Assembly: GCA_963771075.1 (NCBI GenBank)
Contig: CAVYSE010000028.1
Location: 160,001-224,000, forward strand
Direction: 5' to 3'
Length of the DNA: 64,000 nt
DNA from: a candidate division FCPU426 bacterium
Lineage (GTDB): Bacteria > Oederibacteriota > Muellerivitia > Muellerivitales > Muellerivitaceae
In this document: positions 1 to 10,727 of the stretch, piece by piece
How the letters are laid out: each line of letters begins with the position of its first letter
How positions within the stretch are numbered: the first letter of the stretch is position 1
Made by a program: the position numbers and the translations under genes
The notes under the pieces: model-generated
Told to the model about the DNA's origin: nothing
The model's input: the letters and a program-made list of their open reading frames with translations, nothing else
Databases searched by the model: none

Positions 1-745
1 CGTTGAAAAAACGGGGCTTGAAGCTTTCCCTCGCGTAGAACCATTCCAACAAAGCGAAAAGGGGGATGAGGACCAAAGCATAAAATTTACATCCCATCGT
101 CAGGCCGGCCACGAACCCCGCCGTGAGGGGCGCCTCCAAGGTAGTTTTGGCCAGGGCCCTTTGGAAGGCCAAAACGGACAAAAACATAAAAAAGGTGGGC
201 GCGATATCCGTTTTCGCCAAACCGGAGAGAGTCCCCAGGAGGGGGTCAAAGGCCCAAAGGAACAAGGCCCCCGCCAGCCACCAAGGCTCCTTGCCCAATA
301 AACAAAAAATCAGGAAACCCGCGCCTAGTCCCAAGCCCAGGCTGGTGAGCCGGGCCCGAAGGGCGACGGCCTCCAATTTGTGCCTGTTCCATTCAAATAA
401 AAATCGATGGGCCCTATCCAGGACATCTCCCAAGGCTGAGGCTTCAAGCCGAAGCCCAAGACTTGGGTGCGCCAATTCCATATGGGAATCCGCAACCGTA
501 ACGGGATAGGTTTTCAGGTCCATGAAAAGAAGGGGCCAGGAGGTCAGTGCCCCAGCCAGGGGAGGATGGTTATGGGGGGTGTGGGTGTCGCCTTGGGTCA
601 GGTAATAATAGCCGTTCGTGATGTCGGTGGGCTCGTCAGCCGTCAGGGAATATTCCAGGATACGCGGAATCACCTGAGCGCAAAAAGCCAGCGAAAAAAG
701 AAGATAAAGGGCCAAGGGCCAGAAATTTTGCCGGGGAAGCTTCAT
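1..745 (-). CDS. GT-C fold membrane glycosyltransferase (ArnT/PMT, GT39/83-like), running off the window edge
   Basis: Not in the ORF track; translated by hand from ATG at 745: MKLPRQNFWPLALYLLFSLAFCAQVIPRILEYSLTADEPTDITNGYYYL...HNHPPLAG... It has a DE motif after TM1, an HPPL motif, many TM segments and a CKFY motif. Confidence 0.75.
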   Translation of the reverse strand, partial: MKLPRQNFWPLALYLLFSLAFCAQVIPRILEYSLTADEPTDITNGYYYLTQGDTHTPHNHPPLAGALTSWPLLFMDLKTYPVTVADSHMELAHPSLGLRLEASALGDVLDRAHRFLFEWNRHKLEAVALRARLTSLGLGLGAGFLIFCLLGKEPWWLAGALFLWAFDPLLGTLSGLAKTDIAPTFFMFLSVLAFQRALAKTTLEAPLTAGFVAGLTMGCKFYALVLIPLFALLEWFYARESFKPRFFN

Positions 746-819
746 GGGACTCGTTTATCGACCGGGACGGTTACCGAAAAAAAACATGTCCGGGCATCAG
801 CCTAGCCATCCTCCCCCGG

Positions 820-1548
820 TTATTGGGCCGTGGGAGTTTCTTCGGGGGTCGGGGTGGGCGTGACCTGGCTCTTTTCGTAGAACTTCTCGAATTGTTTCGC
901 CGAATCCGCGTCCTTGCAATCGGAGCAGTCGCGAATCACCATTTGCTTGACGGTGTCGTAAAGCACCGTATCCGAGACGGTGAATAAACTTCGGTTTTCC
1001 TCTTCGGTTTTCTTGCCGCAATCGGTGGTCACCTTCAGGATCGCCAGGTGGGGCTTCAGCCATTGGACCACCGAGATCTTCGCGGTCTCGTAGGACCAGC
1101 CGTGGAACTTGATGCGGTCGTAGAGTTTCGACTCCAACGCCTCGGTCACGTCCAGGGTCTTGCCCAGCTTGATATCCACGAAGTAAGTCCTCCAGGTCCC
1201 TTCGATGATTTCCATGTTGATGAAGATCTTTTGGTTGTCCGGGGACCAGTTGAACTGGATGGAATCCCAATGGGGAGTGAAGGTGTCCTTTTCGGTTTCC
1301 TGGATCAAGGGCGGAACGCCCTCGCGGATCTCAAAATGCCGAAGGGTTTTCTTATCGACCAGGCTGATGGGATAGCGGAAAAAGACCCGGTCGCCTACCC
1401 GACGGTCGATGACCTGTTCCACCACGACGCGATACTGGCCGTCGGGGGATTGGGAAAGGTAAACCTGTTGGCCGGCCCGGGCCTGCGCCGGAAGCAATAT
1501 CGCCCCGGTCAACATAAGCGTCCAAAGGGAGGTCAGGGCCTGTCGCAT
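820..1548 (-). CDS. Secreted hypothetical protein with C-terminal Thr/Pro tail
   Basis: Signal peptide (AQA), SPDG repeat-like motifs, CxxC near the C-terminus, TPTPTP tail; SD GGAG upstream. Confidence 0.7.
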   Translation of the reverse strand: MRQALTSLWTLMLTGAILLPAQARAGQQVYLSQSPDGQYRVVVEQVIDRRVGDRVFFRYPISLVDKKTLRHFEIREGVPPLIQETEKDTFTPHWDSIQFNWSPDNQKIFINMEIIEGTWRTYFVDIKLGKTLDVTEALESKLYDRIKFHGWSYETAKISVVQWLKPHLAILKVTTDCGKKTEEENRSLFTVSDTVLYDTVKQMVIRDCSDCKDADSAKQFEKFYEKSQVTPTPTPEETPTAQ

Positions 1549-1573
1549 GAAATTTTCTCCTTAACATCATTCG

Positions 1574-2176
1574 TTATTGGTCGAACTTAAACCGATAGGG
1601 GATCCGGAGGCGGACCGCGACCGGCTCGTCTCCCGCGTAAGCGGGGGCGAAAAGCGATTGCTGGGCGGCCGCCAGGGCGGCCTCGTCACAGCCATAACCC
1701 AAACCCTGGATCAATTGCACCATTTTAACCGCACCTGTGGCGTCGATGTCCACTTGTAAAATCACCACACCCTCGATATTGGCCCTTTTCGCCGCCTCCG
1801 GATAGACCGCCTTCACCTGGTTGATGAAATGGGGCAGGCGGCTGACCTCGGCAATCGAGCGGTAGGGGCCCGTGCCGTTCCCGGGAAAATCCGCCGGGCC
1901 CGGGGAAAGGGCCGGTGGGGAAACTGGTTTTTTCTCGGGTACTTTCAGGGGAGTCGTCCGATGCTTGAAAAAAGGTTTTTGCCAAACCTCGTCTTCCGGG
2001 ACAGGCGGGGCAAGCGCCACGGGCGAGTTGGCGCCGGAGAGGTCCAACATCAGAACATTCAGATCCAACATCCGGCTTCTTCCCAAAAAAAGCAGTAAAG
2101 CGATGAAAAACAGATGTGACGCCAGGGAAACGCCCCAGGGGCCCAGGGGAACGGAAAGCAGGACCCGGGACCTCAA
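1574..2176 (-). CDS. tonB: TonB family energy transducer
   Basis: N-terminal TM with SxxxH, Pro-rich linker, TonB_C motif YPEAAKRANIEGVV...IDATG...RFKF. Confidence 0.9.
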   Translation of the reverse strand: MRSRVLLSVPLGPWGVSLASHLFFIALLLFLGRSRMLDLNVLMLDLSGANSPVALAPPVPEDEVWQKPFFKHRTTPLKVPEKKPVSPPALSPGPADFPGNGTGPYRSIAEVSRLPHFINQVKAVYPEAAKRANIEGVVILQVDIDATGAVKMVQLIQGLGYGCDEAALAAAQQSLFAPAYAGDEPVAVRLRIPYRFKFDQ

Positions 2177-2577
2177 GGGTTCACCACCCCCAGGGCGATC
2201 TGGGTGACTCCCGCCTGTCGGGCCAGGTCCAAAAGTTCCACCACCTTGCCATGGGTCACCTGGGCGTCGGCCGAGAGGACCAGGCGCAGGTTGGGGTTGA
2301 GCGCGGCGGCCTCCCGGAGGGCCTGGGCCAGGGCGGGCTTATCGGTTTTTTTATTCTGGTAAAAGATCTCCCCTTTGAGATTGAGCACCAGGGCCTGGCT
2401 GGCCGGGGCGGTGGGGTTGGCCGTGAGGGCCTTGGGAACCTTGACCGGGACCGAGGGAGTGGAAATGAAACTGGCCGTCAACATGAAGATGATCAGGAGC
2501 ACCAGCATGATGTCCACCAGCGGCACCACGTTGATCTGCGTGATGGCCTCATCCGAATCGGGGCTGATGTGGGCCAC
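2173..2577 (-). CDS. exbD: Biopolymer transporter ExbD/TolR
   Basis: INVVPLVDIMLVLLIIFM and LSADAQV..G.VV.LLD signatures. Confidence 0.92.
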   Translation of the reverse strand: MAHISPDSDEAITQINVVPLVDIMLVLLIIFMLTASFISTPSVPVKVPKALTANPTAPASQALVLNLKGEIFYQNKKTDKPALAQALREAAALNPNLRLVLSADAQVTHGKVVELLDLARQAGVTQIALGVVNP

Positions 2578-2579
2578 GG

Positions 2580-3203
2580 CTAGCGCTTTTTCTTTCCGGA
2601 ATAAGCGAGAAGCAGGCGGGAAAGGCGGTCGGCGGACGCCAGGGATTTCTTGATCCGGCTTTGGAAATAGTTATAGGCCGCCACTGCGGGAATGGCGATC
2701 AAGAGACCCACCGCGGTGGCCACCAGCGCCTCGGAAACGCCCCGCATGACGACAGTGGGACCGGAGGTTCCCGCGATGGCCAAGTCGTTGAAAGCCTTGA
2801 TGATCCCCAATACCGTCCCGAACAGGCCGATGAAGGGCGCGTTATTGCCCAACGTTCCCAGGACCAGAAGGTTCTTTTCCATCAGCATGCGTTCCTGGAG
2901 GCGCTGGCTTTCCATCACCTGTTCCAGGGCCTCGGGGTCCAGGTCCAGGTTGTCGAGCCCCGCTTTCAAAACGGCCCCCTCGGCGGAGGGAGAAGCCACC
3001 GCCAGCTTTTCGGCCTGCTTGAAGTCCCCCTTGGCCAAAAGTGCCGGGGCTTGGGCTTCCAAATCACCGGTTCCCTGGGACCGTTTCTTGAACTCGCGGA
3101 ATTTTTGGTAAATGACGGCGATGGACCAGAGGGAAAGGAACAAAAGGATGTAGAGAACCCATTCGCCCCCCAGGAGGGCGAAAGCCTTGATGGCTTGAAG
3201 CAT
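2580..3203 (-). CDS. exbB: MotA/TolQ/ExbB proton channel
   Basis: APFIGLFGTVLGII and GVSEALVATAVGL..AIPA motifs; start placed at ATG 3203 with GAGG SD. Confidence 0.92.
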   Translation of the reverse strand: MLQAIKAFALLGGEWVLYILLFLSLWSIAVIYQKFREFKKRSQGTGDLEAQAPALLAKGDFKQAEKLAVASPSAEGAVLKAGLDNLDLDPEALEQVMESQRLQERMLMEKNLLVLGTLGNNAPFIGLFGTVLGIIKAFNDLAIAGTSGPTVVMRGVSEALVATAVGLLIAIPAVAAYNYFQSRIKKSLASADRLSRLLLAYSGKKKR

Positions 3204-3300
3204 GAAAACCTCATGAAAAAGAAATATTAGAGCCGCCGATATTAGCACAGGAGGTACCGCAATTCAAAAGGCACACCAATACAGCCATCCGAATCGATTC

Positions 3301-3337
3301 AAAAAAAGAAAAGCCCGAGAAATGATCTCGGGCTTTT
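3301..3337 (-). terminator. Intrinsic terminator after the NHL lipoprotein gene
   Basis: AAAAGCCCGAGA-aatga-TCTCGGGCTTTT hairpin with a U-rich tract on the minus strand. Confidence 0.8.
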
Positions 3338-3372
3338 AAAAATCACGCGGACTTTCTTTTTTAATAATTAAA

Positions 3373-4668
3373 TTAGGGGCCGAAAACTTGGATCAAGTTA
3401 TTGTCTTGATCCCCCACAACAATTTGTGTGGGCGCGCCGGGCGGCGTACCAGGTACTTGAATCAAAGCTATGCAAGAGGGCATGAAGGGTAAATATTCAT
3501 GGTATCCATTGGGAGAAACGGAACCAACCGGAACACCCCAGGTTCTTACTTCCGAGGCGGTGTAATTGCCGGTAATTTGGTATTCCTCAACTTGCCCGCC
3601 ATTCGCCGTGTCAGAAACATAAATGTCCTCACCTGGGTAATTGGCATTACCGTCAACGAAAAAACCGTTAGGATTAAGGCTATCCACAGCCAGCCCGTTG
3701 ATCACGCACCCGGTGGTAAGAACCCATTGGCCCACCAGGTAGGTTCCCCCGTTGGCATATTCGGCCACGACGGAAGGGGTATAACCCGAGTCTCCGACAA
3801 ACAGGTTATCGTACGCGTCAATCGCCAAGGCCACGGGTTGACGAAAAGGAAATTTGGCCGTGCTTCCATTCCAACGGTGTTCCCATGCGGTGGCTGGCAC
3901 ACCTCCGTTCTGCCAGCCTCCTGGTCCCATTTCATCCACATAGTCATTTCCCGTGTCCGCGACAAAAAAATTGCCCTGGCTATCCGCGACAAGGGCTCTT
4001 GGGGATTTATAGGCATAAGCGTCATAACCGGTGTTCCAACTGGGGCAAACAAAACCTGTGGAGCAATAGTAATTATTCAACCAACCGCCCTCATAAAGAA
4101 CCGCCGAACCGCCTGGGGAAGAATCTAAAATACCCCACCATCCCTTAGGGAAAAGCCCTCCACCCCCTCCGCCTTTTGTAAAGGCAACCCCCATCGGAAG
4201 TTGCGCTATTATCGTTGATGGAGCAGACCACGGAACGGGAGTTGGAGTTTGGGGGCCTGGTACACCCGGGGGAACAGGCGGACAACCTGTGGCTAATTCA
4301 TTTCCTCCAAAACCAGCGGAGGGTGGTCCATACGGGGGAATAGAAAGAACTCCATTAGCGGTATTTATCGAATAACTTGGAAACAAAGTAATGCCCGGCG
4401 ATCCTTCCATGACGTAAATAACATTACTAGTGCCATCGTAGTAGATACCATTGGGGGAAGTGGACGCGCCGTAATTATTAATAAAAGTCGGCGTAGGCGT
4501 AAGCACCCCCGAAAGGGTTATCCCCCCGCCTGAAATCGTGGGTGCGGGTTGGGTCCCCCCTGAACCGGAACTGACCGGAGGCTTGGTCGGATTGTTGTTG
4601 TTGTCACTACAGGCCAATGGCAAAACCAAGCTGACCAGAATCAGGACAATGAAAAGGGATTGTTTCAT
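3373..4668 (-). CDS. NHL-repeat (beta-propeller) lipoprotein
   Basis: Lipobox LPLAC; NHL-like repeats PRALVADSQGNFFVADTGN and PVALAIDAYDNLFVGDSG; ends VFGP. Confidence 0.8.
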   Translation of the reverse strand: MKQSLFIVLILVSLVLPLACSDNNNNPTKPPVSSGSGGTQPAPTISGGGITLSGVLTPTPTFINNYGASTSPNGIYYDGTSNVIYVMEGSPGITLFPSYSINTANGVLSIPPYGPPSAGFGGNELATGCPPVPPGVPGPQTPTPVPWSAPSTIIAQLPMGVAFTKGGGGGGLFPKGWWGILDSSPGGSAVLYEGGWLNNYYCSTGFVCPSWNTGYDAYAYKSPRALVADSQGNFFVADTGNDYVDEMGPGGWQNGGVPATAWEHRWNGSTAKFPFRQPVALAIDAYDNLFVGDSGYTPSVVAEYANGGTYLVGQWVLTTGCVINGLAVDSLNPNGFFVDGNANYPGEDIYVSDTANGGQVEEYQITGNYTASEVRTWGVPVGSVSPNGYHEYLPFMPSCIALIQVPGTPPGAPTQIVVGDQDNNLIQVFGP

Positions 4669-4789
4669 TTTGGCCTCGCCATTCCTTTATCTAAACAGGG
4701 TTTCCTAATTTTACCCTGCTTTTTTAAAAACCAAAAACCTATCCGCCCGAATCGAACCCAACTTTCAATAAAAACACAGGCAGAACGGC

Positions 4790-5587
4790 CTATTGAACCC
4801 CTACCGTCGCTCCAACGTACAAATTGAGCCCGTCTCCCTCAATGGAATTAACACTGGACCCGTTTAAATTATCCAGGTAAAGGTTGTTTAAATTATTCGT
4901 GGTTCTGGCCGCCCCACCGACCTGGTTAAAGCCCGTCCAACGTTGGAATACCCCGCCAAGGACGGAAAAGTTGTTGTCCAAGTATATTTCCAACCCAGCC
5001 CCTAATGTAAAACCAAGGCCCGAAAAAGTTTCGTTATCCGTTGTCAACACAGTGGTTGAAGTTCCGCTGAGAAGACTGGACCCCTGCTGAATCCAAAGCC
5101 AGGGAAAGCTCAACCCCAGGTTCACGAAAGGTTGGGTGGGTAATTCCGTAAAAAAATACCTTTTTAAAGTGAGGTCAATGGACTGCAAACTCGCGGGGGT
5201 GTTAAACGTAACAGAGGATGAATTTACCCAGGTAGCCGTATGATCGCTACGCCAAAAACTGACTTCAGCCGCCCAAGGCCCTTCTCGATGGCCAAGCATG
5301 GCGCCCCAGCCAAAGTTACGACCTATGGACGGAATAATATCTTGTTCTGGATTAGAAAAAATTGACACTGGATTTGTTGAGGTAACCGTAGAGGGAGATT
5401 GCAAAAACTGGGTTCCTATAAAATTTCCCCATTGGTCAAGTGTAGCGGAGTTACCCATAAACCCAATATATGACCTGGTTTTGATGAAATCGGCTTCGGA
5501 AGTTTCTTCTTGTGCCAGAACCTGGCAGGTAAAACCTACGGAAAAAATCAATGTGAATATCGTAAAAAGGCGTTTTCTTTGATTCAT
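4790..5587 (-). CDS. Putative outer-membrane beta-barrel protein (small OmpA/OmpW-like barrel)
   Basis: Signal peptide, amphipathic strands (QPFVNLGLS, FTLGAGLEIY); paralog of 8083..8829. Confidence 0.7.
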   Translation of the reverse strand: MNQRKRLFTIFTLIFSVGFTCQVLAQEETSEADFIKTRSYIGFMGNSATLDQWGNFIGTQFLQSPSTVTSTNPVSIFSNPEQDIIPSIGRNFGWGAMLGHREGPWAAEVSFWRSDHTATWVNSSSVTFNTPASLQSIDLTLKRYFFTELPTQPFVNLGLSFPWLWIQQGSSLLSGTSTTVLTTDNETFSGLGFTLGAGLEIYLDNNFSVLGGVFQRWTGFNQVGGAARTTNNLNNLYLDNLNGSSVNSIEGDGLNLYVGATVGVQ

Positions 5588-5734
5588 CCGCTACTGTCCC
5601 TCCCTGAATTTCATGGAGCTTGTTTCAATATGACATTTACCAAGCTTTATAGCGGTTATTGTAACCCAAGCTTTGGTGGAATTAACAGGAAATCTTAGGA
5701 AAAGAGGGCTATTTGAAGAGGTTTTGGACGCGAA

Positions 5735-6953
5735 TTAGGGGTTAAAGACCAACAGGGATCCGGTCCCGTAGCTGTAATTATTGGTCGCCAAACCATTGTT
5801 GTTCCAATCGGAAACAACGATTTGGCCATTGCTAAGAAAGGCGATTCCATCTGGGCTGGAGAAGGTTTGGGCGCCCGTACCACCCGCCAAATAGGTCAAA
5901 AGTGCTCCATTCGGATGCGAATTGATCCACCATACTGTTGCCCGCATCACAGGCATAAATATTATTGGCCGAATCCACCCCCAGCCCGAAAACATTGGAG
6001 TAACCATCACTAAAGATATCCGTGGAAGCGAAAATGGACCAGGTGGAGGACGAGCCGTTTAACATTTGAATTTGTTCGTTGCCCGAATCGGCCACATAGA
6101 GATTGTTATTGGAATCAATCACAAGTCCACTAGGAGTGTTAACTGCCCCGACGCCGGAAGTCCAAGAAGTCACGAGGGTAAAAGATGATCCCGAATAGGT
6201 ATAAACATCTATTTGGTTGTTTACAGCGTCCGACACGAAGATGGTAACTCCCGTAGTATCCACCGCGATACCTTCGGGCCCGGATAAGGACCCTGCCCCC
6301 GCGATGGTCACCGCTCCGGCGGGAATCCAACCCGACGTAAAGGCGTAAACCGCTCCCGGGCTTCCCCCATCCAGCACAAAGGTAGTTCCGCTGTTAAAGG
6401 CGATGCCGTAAGGCTCTGTAAAATTCACTGTCCCATATTGGGTGATTGTGCTTTGAACCACGCCTGAAGTATTTAGAACCTGCACTTGGGATACGGTATC
6501 TTCACCTTCCGCGACAAAACAAGCTGGGAGTGGAGTTATACGCCACCCCGTTGGGGTACTGGATGCCCGAGGGTATCCATTGGGCGATAACATGTTGACC
6601 GGAGTAACGCTTACGAAAGGCGTGCTGGTGGGCCAGGGGGTGATCGTGTTGGTGGGCGTGATGGTGTTGGTGACCGTATTCGTGCCCGTGGGGATGTTCG
6701 TGAAAGTCGGTGTGTTTGTATAAGTCCCAGGGGTAGGCGTAAGGGTGGGAGTCGAGGTATTACCGTTCACGTTCGTGGCGGTGGCCGTCGCGGTCATTGT
6801 CGGCGTGGCCGTGATCGTCGAGGTATAGCCCGCCCAATTGGTGGCCGTGGGGGTGAAGGTGGGCGTGGGGGCGGGGCTGGTGGGCGAGTTTCCACAGGAC
6901 CAAGGGAAGGCCAGGACCCCGAGCAGGGAAAACAAGATAAACCAGTTTTTCAT
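5735..6953 (-). CDS. NHL-repeat lipoprotein with Thr/Pro linker (frame disrupted by indels near 5912 and 6515-6597)
   Basis: Lipobox FPWSC, TPT linker and NHL repeats. An alternate frame restores QYPNGVAYN...FVAEG, and a shift joins to ...NGALLTYLAGG...LLVFNP. Confidence 0.75.
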
Positions 6954-6973
6954 TTCCATTCCTCGCGTCTTCT

Positions 6974-8076
6974 TCATGGGGCGAAATTATAAATGGTGTT
7001 GTTGCCGGAATCGGCCACGTAAACCTCGTTGGTGGAATCCACTGCCACGGCCACCGGGTTTACCAATGAATTATTGGCGTTGAAAGAGAACGATGGCGAA
7101 TTGGTAAAGCTGCCGAGGGGAGACCAGAGCTCAACGGTCTTGTTGCCGGTGTCAGCCACGTATAAATTCCCGGCCGTATCCAGGGCCAATCCGTTGGGCT
7201 GATAAAAACCGGTATAGGTCCAGGTGAAGCTTGCGCTGGAAGTGTACACGTTCACGGAGTCATAGGTGCCCGAGCCCGGATGGGTGCCTTGAACATCAAG
7301 GGCGACATAAAGATTATTGGCGCCATCCACTGCGATTCCCGCAGGGGTCGTTCCAGAAGGGAAAGCTAAGGGACTTCCGCTGGTGTAGGTACCATAGGAG
7401 AGAGGATTACCCTGGGGCGACAACTTCACGATTTGCCGGTTGCCCGAATCGCTCACGAAAAGATTCCCCGTCCCGTCCAGCGCCAAACCCTTGGGATTGC
7501 TAAAACTGCCCGTTCCGTTGTTCGTGAAGGCGTAAGGTAATTGCCGTTGCCATCAAACACCCCGATACCCGCCGAGCCCGCCACGAACAAGATCATCCTG
7601 GCCGAACGCCGATTCACGGCCATGGCCAACGGGCTGTTGAAGTTGATAATCCCCTTCCCTTTTCCGCCCGCTCCCCAGGAGGTGACCAGGCTTCCGGTGT
7701 TGGTGAATTTTTCCACGCGGTTGTTGCCGGTATCCGCTACATATAGGTAGATAGTAGGGGAATTCTGGACCGCTAAAGCCGAGGGATGGTTGAACGTATA
7801 GGAACCAAACGCCGAGGTCCAGCTTACAGTCACGTAGGGATTAGGCGTATTCGTAAGGGTCGGAGTGCCGGTGACCGTGGCGGTAGGGGTGAAGGTGAAG
7901 GTCGGGGTAAAGGTCAGGGTGGGGTTGCCCGCCTGGACGGTCTGCAGGGGAGCGGTAAAGGTCGGCCCCGTGGGATTGGCCGAACAAGCCAAACCTAAAA
8001 CCACCGCGGAAACTCCCAGGCAAGCCAAGAGCAGGAGAAGCAGACCGTTTCGCAGGTTGGAATGTTTTTGTTTCAT
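6974..8076 (-). CDS. NHL-repeat lipoprotein with Thr/Pro linker (split by a frameshift near 7535)
   Basis: Lipobox LGLAC; ORFs 7453..8076 and 6974..7486 join into continuous NHL repeats (LYVADTGNNRV, SNPKGLALDG..LFVSDSGN); ends YNFAP. Confidence 0.78.
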
Positions 8077-8082
8077 GTTCGT

Positions 8083-8829
8083 TTACTCGAAACCGACGGA
8101 GGTGCCCAGCGTAAAGACCAGGCCGCTCCCGTCATTGCTTGGGTTGTAGGTGCTTTGGGTCAAGATGTTATATTGTTGGGTCACCCCCGCGAATTGGGAG
8201 AAACTTGCGAGACGTTGGTAAACCCCGAATTGAAGGGCGAAATGCGGGTCGAAATAATAATCCGCACCCAGCCCAAAATCGAAAGCCAAGCCGGCCAGGG
8301 TCACTGAACCGATATCCCCATAAGCGTCCATGTCCGCGTTGGCGACCGTGATCCAAGGAAAGCCAACCCCAAAGTTCACGAAGGGCTGGATGTTTTGTTC
8401 GGTGAAAAAATACCTTTTAAAATCAACGTTAATGGATTGGTAAGTGGCCGAACCCTCGAACTGGGAAATGGTCGCGGAGGGGTTATTGTTGGGAAAATTA
8501 AGGGTGGCGGGGCCGAAGATAGCCGTGTGGTTGGAGGACCAATAACTGACTTCCACCGCGTAGGCATCCTCCCGATGGCCCAAAAGAAACCCGTAACCGA
8601 AATTCTGCTGGAGGGAGGGAAGAAGAAAAACCTCATAGGAAGGGATATCCGACCGGGCGTAATTGCTACCCGAAAACTCGCCCGTATTGCTCACGGTGAT
8701 CGAGGTTCCGACGACCCCGATATAGGTGCGGGTATGGATGATATCGTTGGGATTGTCCGCCAAAAGGGCGCCCGCGAAGAGGGTAAACACCCCAAGACCT
8801 GTCGCCAGGGCTAGCAAGTTGAATTTCAT
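8083..8829 (-). CDS. Putative outer-membrane beta-barrel protein, paralog of 4790..5587
   Basis: Shared motifs TRxYIG, GHRE..(A)xEVSxW.S.HTA, KRYFFTE...QPFVNxGxxFPW; signal peptide from ATG 8829. Confidence 0.7.
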   Translation of the reverse strand: MKFNLLALATGLGVFTLFAGALLADNPNDIIHTRTYIGVVGTSITVSNTGEFSGSNYARSDIPSYEVFLLPSLQQNFGYGFLLGHREDAYAVEVSYWSSNHTAIFGPATLNFPNNNPSATISQFEGSATYQSINVDFKRYFFTEQNIQPFVNFGVGFPWITVANADMDAYGDIGSVTLAGLAFDFGLGADYYFDPHFALQFGVYQRLASFSQFAGVTQQYNILTQSTYNPSNDGSGLVFTLGTSVGFE

Positions 8830-8985
8830 GCTTATCAAAATCCTTCGATTACTTCTAAATCTCCCGCAGCTATTAGAAGCGGGGGCCACACACCGTTGGA
8901 ATAAGGGCGACATTGTAGCCGATTTCCCTTAAAAACCAGCTTAAAAAGATGCCGCTCTTTGGACGGCCCATCACCCGGGAGGGTG

Positions 8986-9699
8986 TCAACTTTTTTGGCC
9001 TTTATTCCGGGAAATCCAAATTCCGAGCGTTATCAGGCCCAGGCTTAAAAGAATAAAGGGCCAAACCGGGAAAGCGCGGTCCCCAAGGGACCATCTCATA
9101 TATAGGTAGGGCACCCAAGTGGCCAGGGCCAAAAAGTTCAAGTTCGCCGAGGCGTTCCGGGAAGGGGCCGGAACAGGTTTTTTTTCTGACTCCTGGGCCT
9201 GGCCGGGGGGAGTCAGACCGCCCGCCTGCCCTAGGTCCGCCACCTGGCGGTTGATCCGGTGGATTGCCACGACATTCTCGGAGATGGTCTGGTAGGAGAT
9301 CCAAAGGGATCGGATATTGAGGGCCAAAGCCAGGACCATCAGGCTTCCATGGATCCAGGGAGCCAGGAAACCAGCCGCCACAGCCCCTCCCGCCGCCACA
9401 GCCGCCGCCATGGCCAGGATGGAAAGCATCAGGCTGGGATAGGCGCGGTTCTTGTATTCCTTGGTCTTCTCGACCCACTCCCCGCTCAAGCCCGTCTCCA
9501 AGACCTTCTTCTTGATGGTTTTACCGCTACCGATGAAGAAACCAAAGATCAGGCATTGCAGGAGCACGATGAGCAGGCCCAGAAAAAGCCCCCAAAGGGC
9601 GTGCAGGGGGATCGGTAATAAATGCCCGAACCCCGCTCCCAAGGTCACGATAAATAATAGAAGAAAGGTCGCGCTGACGCTGAGAAAAACTGTGGGCAA
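8986..9699 (-). CDS. Hypothetical integral membrane protein (~6 TM)
   Basis: Multiple hydrophobic segments; FFIGSGK motif and intramembrane His residues; TTG start. Confidence 0.65.
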   Translation of the reverse strand: MPTVFLSVSATFLLLFIVTLGAGFGHLLPIPLHALWGLFLGLLIVLLQCLIFGFFIGSGKTIKKKVLETGLSGEWVEKTKEYKNRAYPSLMLSILAMAAAVAAGGAVAAGFLAPWIHGSLMVLALALNIRSLWISYQTISENVVAIHRINRQVADLGQAGGLTPPGQAQESEKKPVPAPSRNASANLNFLALATWVPYLYMRWSLGDRAFPVWPFILLSLGLITLGIWISRNKGQKS

Positions 9700-9781
9700 G
9701 AAGAAACCTTCTTTTTATAAAAGGGGATGGGAAACCTAATCGTGCCGGGCTTGGGCGAAAGACGCCGGAAGAACCGACCGG

Positions 9782-10462
9782 TTATTCCTTCAACCACTCC
9801 ACCTGACCGCCGTCAATATGATAGACACAGCCCACGATTTTCAACAGGTCGCCCTGCTCCAACTGCCAGAGGGTGGGGCTCTGCTCGCGGATGGTCCGCA
9901 TGGTGTTGATCACGTTGGTGCGAACCGTCGCGTCCAGCCGCTGGGTTTCGGTCAGGCTGGTCGCGGTGACCGCCTCAACCGCCGGTTGAAGGCGCCCATT
10001 CAGGTCCTCCAGGTTGAGGGACCGCCACAAAACCTCACTGGCCTTGGGATGATCGTGCTCCTTGATCGCTTGCTGGAGGGCCGTGCAATCGGTATGGCCC
10101 ATGACGACCAGCACGGGGCAATGAAGACGGGTGGCCCCGTATTCAAGGCTTCCCAGGATGACTTTGTCTACGATGTTACCCCAGGCCCGGTTCACGTAAA
10201 GCTCCCCAGGCTTCATGTGGAAAACGACCTCAGGCGGCACACGGGAGTCCGCGCAACTGACGACCATGGCTTTCGGCAGGCCGCTTTTATACTTCAAATG
10301 GGCCATGTGATATTCATCACCGTCCTTGAGGGCCTTCATGATCTCTTGTTGGGTTTTTTGGACGTCGGCCGGAGCCAGTTCGCCGGTTCGCTCCCGGGCG
10401 CCCAAGGGGTGAATCGACAATAGAACCAACAATAGCCCCCCCATCCATAAAGCCCTGACCAT
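9782..10462 (-). CDS. Beta-class carbonic anhydrase with signal peptide
   Basis: CADSR and HTDC zinc ligands, GSLEYG, VGCVYHIDGG; SD GGAGG before ATG 10462. Confidence 0.9.
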   Translation of the reverse strand: MVRALWMGGLLLVLLSIHPLGARERTGELAPADVQKTQQEIMKALKDGDEYHMAHLKYKSGLPKAMVVSCADSRVPPEVVFHMKPGELYVNRAWGNIVDKVILGSLEYGATRLHCPVLVVMGHTDCTALQQAIKEHDHPKASEVLWRSLNLEDLNGRLQPAVEAVTATSLTETQRLDATVRTNVINTMRTIREQSPTLWQLEQGDLLKIVGCVYHIDGGQVEWLKE

Positions 10463-10727
10463 ACCGCCCTCCCGCCTTCTGAAATAATGAACCGCAGGGA
10501 AATTATATTCCCAAGAAGCTGCCCATCCCATCGGAAAGAACAGCTTTCAAGGCGAAAGACGGGAAGTTCTATGCCGTTTCGCCAGCAGGAAAGAAAAAGG
10601 GCTCGGAATGGCCCTTTATCGAAAAACCTCCTTCCCAAAGAGGGATGGCGGAGAACCGCCCGAAAAAGAATTTTCATTCTCCTGAAGCCCTGTTTACAAT
10701 AACCGCTCCATTTGAACGGGGGAAACC

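Noticed and set aside
10540..10700. T-box leader upstream of serS
   Set aside because: Several hairpins are present, but there is no T-box consensus and a -10-like TACAAT lies only ~30 nt before the start.
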